A stretch of DNA of 64,000 bases from Oopsacas minuta (lineage: Eukaryota > Animalia > Porifera). Location: positions 1,368,400 to 1,432,399 of the forward strand of contig JAKMXF010000222.1 of NCBI GenBank assembly GCA_024704765.1. The letters run 5' to 3'. Of the stretch, positions 60,941 through 64,000 are shown in pieces. Under the pieces are notes generated by a model. That model was not told where the DNA came from, ran no database searches, and worked only from the letters and a program-made list of their open reading frames with translations. Numbering within the stretch: the first letter of the stretch is position 1; every line of letters begins with the position of its first letter. Both the position numbers and the translations under genes were made by a program.

Positions 60941-62119
60941 ATGACAGATTTATCTAAAATAATCGTATGTGATAACGGGACTGGATTCGTAAAGTGCGGG
61001 TATGCTGGTACTAACTTTCCCTCTCACATATTTCCCTCTCTCATTGGGCGACCTATTATCCGATCTACAGCTAAAGTGAATGACATAGAAGTGAAGGAAC
61101 TAATGGTTGGAGAGGACGCCTCAACTCTGAGACAGCTCCTGGAAATAACTTACCCGATGAAGAATGGTATCGTGCGGAGTTGGGATGATATGAAACATAT
61201 ATGGGATCACACATTCTACGATGAGATGAAAATAAACCCAAAGGAGTGTAAAGTATTGCTCACAGAGCCTCCCATGAATCCTACTAAAAACCGCGAGAAG
61301 ATGGTAGAGGTCATGTTTGAGACTTACCAGTTTGAAGGAGTCTACGTAGCTATACAAGCTGTATTGACTCTATATGCACAGGGATTATTGACAGGAGTAG
61401 TAGTGGATTCGGGGGACGGAGTAACACACATATGTCCAGTGTTTGATGGGTACTCACTACCTCATCTCACACGTAGGCTTGACGTAGCTGGAAGGAACAT
61501 AACTGAGTATTTGATCAAACTCCTGCTCTTGAGAGGGTATGCCTTCAACCACTCAGCTGATTTTGAGACTGTCCGTATGATGAAGGAGAAGTTGTGTTAC
61601 GTAGCTTATAATCCCCATCAAGAGACAAAACTTGCCACAGAGACTACTGTTCTAGTGGAGACTTATACTCTACCGGATGGAAGGGTTGTCAAGATAGGAG
61701 GAGAGCGATTCGAAGCTCCAGAGGTTCTCTTCCAGCCTCACTTGATAGACGTGGATGGGGTAGGGGTAACTGAGTTGTTATTCAATACAATACAAGCTGC
61801 AGATATCGACTTAAGAGCTGATCTATACAAACACATTGTGTTATCAGGGGGAACCACTATGTACCCGGGATTACCCTCCAGGATGGAGAGAGAAATCAAA
61901 CAGCTCTATCTGGAGAGAACTCTCAAGGGGGATACTTCTAATATAGGAAAGTTCAAGGTTCGAATCGAGGACCCACCTCGTCGCAAGCACTTAGTCTTCC
62001 TGGGCGGGGCTGTGCTCGGAGAGATCCTTGCTTCCAGGCCTGAGAGCTGGATGACTCGCAAAGAGTACGAAGAGAAGGGAATCAAAGTACTCGAGAAATT
62101 GGGAGTGTCAGTGAAATAA
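60941..62119 (+). CDS. ACTR2: Actin-related protein 2, 392 aa, single exon
   Basis: [59 protein letters not shown] and [20 protein letters not shown], which are ARP2-specific. Confidence 0.97.
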   Translation: MTDLSKIIVCDNGTGFVKCGYAGTNFPSHIFPSLIGRPIIRSTAKVNDIEVKELMVGEDASTLRQLLEITYPMKNGIVRSWDDMKHIWDHTFYDEMKINPKECKVLLTEPPMNPTKNREKMVEVMFETYQFEGVYVAIQAVLTLYAQGLLTGVVVDSGDGVTHICPVFDGYSLPHLTRRLDVAGRNITEYLIKLLLLRGYAFNHSADFETVRMMKEKLCYVAYNPHQETKLATETTVLVETYTLPDGRVVKIGGERFEAPEVLFQPHLIDVDGVGVTELLFNTIQAADIDLRADLYKHIVLSGGTTMYPGLPSRMEREIKQLYLERTLKGDTSNIGKFKVRIEDPPRRKHLVFLGGAVLGEILASRPESWMTRKEYEEKGIKVLEKLGVSVK

Positions 62120-62957
62120 GAGCATATTTATATAAGAGAGGTGTTTATATTATTTATTAGTACAATTGTGTGTGTGTAGTGGACAGGTGTGTAGCTAACT
62201 ATGTGTGATGACATTATATTAATATTGTAGTGTATTAATTCACTCATTAGATTCATTCTAGACTCAAATTAATTATTTGTTGCGTTTCTACTTATTGTAT
62301 AGTCTGTAATTTATGATTGTGTAATTAAATTAATTCGTAATGTATCCCTCTATTAGATGTTCGGTTGAATATAGAGTGGATTCTCGTTCATACGAATCAG
62401 TGTTCGAGAAAATACTTGCATTTTATCAGTCCCATGCGTTTCACAGGTTAATGCGAACTATGGATAAAATAGTACTCTATAATTCGAGTGATGTTGTTTT
62501 CACGAATTTTCGAACAGCGGCACACCTGTCATGTGTGATCCAACTATGTTCCAACAGTTTGGTCAGATTTACCAGTATTATATTTAAATTTGGTATCATT
62601 GTGTAGCTCTTCGTGGCTCCTAGCACTTTTTACGAATACGTAGTTTGACGAATTTCCCATTCATACCGAGCTTTGTGTTGAATTCAATAGCACGACATGA
62701 TAGACAGCAGGTTTAACAATTATTGTGAAGGCAGTTATATTATCCTTCAGACGTCCATTTAGCAGAAGTGAGTCATGTTATTACGGAATGACAATAAACA
62801 GCGTTAATTCCGTGTAGGTACTTTACTAAGCACTCGAAGCGGTATGTCTATAGTTTTGTATTGACCCTTGATTCAACTAGAGTTCCTCCTTCGGAGTGGT
62901 TTTATTCCAAATTTTATCAAAATTATGGTTACACCTCAATAGAGGTAGACTAACCTA

Positions 62958-63085
62958 CAGCATAACTCGGTTAGTATGTACTCGGCCTAAGACGTACTTT
63001 CGGTTAATACTTACTTTTCTCCAAAACTGATCATCAATCCTTGTACTAATCGCATAAGGAGAATATTCGGATAAGACGTACTTCT
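62958..63085 (-). mobile_element. Degenerate copy of the 1200-1385 pogo-like MITE
   Basis: TA|cagcataactcggttagtatgtactcggcctaagacgtac aligns with the reverse complement of 1200-1385. Confidence 0.55.
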
Positions 63086-63147
63086 GTAGGTATGATGTAG
63101 AACTGAGTACAATACATACTAAATAGTGAATAATTGAGAATAAATAA

Positions 63148-64000
63148 TCAAAAGAATAATTCAGACTTTGTATTATGTCTATAGTACTTGTCATACACGC
63201 TGGATATTGTCCAGCTGTAATTGGGATTAGCTTTTGAACGAGACGTAGGAGCCTGGTTAGATTCCCGTCCTTTATTCTTTGGGGAGTAGGAGTTGTACCT
63301 AGAGAATGTGTTGCGGTTAAGTTGTAGAGGTGCTTGGTACTTAGGAAGATACTCCTCCTGTTTAGATATCCTAGTAAGAGAGGTTGTGATATCATTCGTA
63401 TATACATCACACGGTTTCAGAGAGTGAGATATTTTCGTAACAGTATCCTTGTGAAAAAATGAAGAGAAGACAACAAAGTTGTTATTCTGCTTTATCGGTT
63501 TATTGAGGTTATAATGTTTCTGTAAGAATCCTAACAGCTTTAGAGAGGGTCTATCATATGCCAGTCTACTTGGAGATGTCCCCTCATCTTGTAACATTGC
63601 CTCAAACAGCTTCTTTCCACATCCAGATCTCTGCTTAGATTCGTGTACGTAGAAGTCCAATACACAGCGAGATTCTGATTCATGCATCTTTCCCATTATG
63701 TCAGTTAGAAATAATCGTTTTATTCCAGTTTTTAATATTCCTAGAACTTTAGACTTAGTGCCTCTATCTACGCTAATCTCCTTAAGGATGTACAGTGTAT
63801 GTTTTGAGTGAACTAACTTGCTTAGTGTTGTTATCGGGATATACAGACCCTGAGCACGTGCTGAGGCTGATCCCATCTCGTCAACGATTATAGAGAGTTT
63901 GTTTTGAAGCTCATGGTTACGGAATTTATCCTTTATCTTTGTGACTTCTCCATTTTTGTAGATAGTAATTTCGTCCTTGAGAACTGAATCGATATTAAAC
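63148..64000 (-). CDS. ATAT1: Alpha-tubulin N-acetyltransferase 1 (MEC-17), 5'-partial
   Basis: The frame is open to the window edge (FNIDSVLKDEITIY...). SARAQGL (Q58), CVLDFYVHES (C120), QRSGCGKKLF and AYDRPS (D157) are present. Confidence 0.93.
   Translation of the reverse strand, partial: FNIDSVLKDEITIYKNGEVTKIKDKFRNHELQNKLSIIVDEMGSASARAQGLYIPITTLSKLVHSKHTLYILKEISVDRGTKSKVLGILKTGIKRLFLTDIMGKMHESESRCVLDFYVHESKQRSGCGKKLFEAMLQDEGTSPSRLAYDRPSLKLLGFLQKHYNLNKPIKQNNNFVVFSSFFHKDTVTKISHSLKPCDVYTNDITTSLTRISKQEEYLPKYQAPLQLNRNTFSRYNSYSPKNKGRESNQAPTSRSKANPNYSWTISSVYDKYYRHNTKSELFF

Noticed and set aside
62955-63410. 151-aa minus-strand ORF overlapping the ATAT1 3' end
   Set aside because: An alternative frame of ATAT1 running into a degenerate MITE, with no independent support.
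1-64000. tRNA, rRNA, snRNA or SL-RNA genes
   Set aside because: No convincing cloverleaf or conserved motifs were seen by eye. tRNAscan-SE and Infernal would be needed to exclude them.

Overview
AT-rich, gene-dense eukaryotic (animal) genomic DNA. The compact layout, many single-exon housekeeping genes, nested genes and NHL/TRAF-like families suggest an early-branching metazoan, most plausibly a glass sponge (inference, not verified). Genes in order: ankyrin-repeat TRP channel, COPB2, FAM78, an EGF/furin-like membrane protein, SIAH, an NHL-repeat protein, a 7-exon SRCR receptor tyrosine kinase with an antisense WD40-SOCS-Tubby-like gene in intron 4, a decayed NHL gene, an acatalytic secreted carbonic-anhydrase-related protein, METTL17, an active alpha-carbonic anhydrase with a putative mitochondrial presequence, and a 14-exon xanthine dehydrogenase. 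XDH introns host a DD34D mariner and an antisense TRAF-like pseudogene. The window ends with CCDC181-like, a tail-less PHKG-like kinase, IAH1, ARP2 and 5'-partial ATAT1. Intergenic DNA and introns carry several MITE families, non-autonomous Helitron/Helentron-like elements and microsatellites. The most interesting points are the nested-gene architecture, splice-acceptor-like AGs directly before many start codons (possible trans-splicing or operons), the divergent CA pair, the Tyr-less RTK activation loop and a possible cryptic minus-strand gene interleaved with PHKG/IAH1/ARP2. Exon models were derived by eye and no database searches were run.
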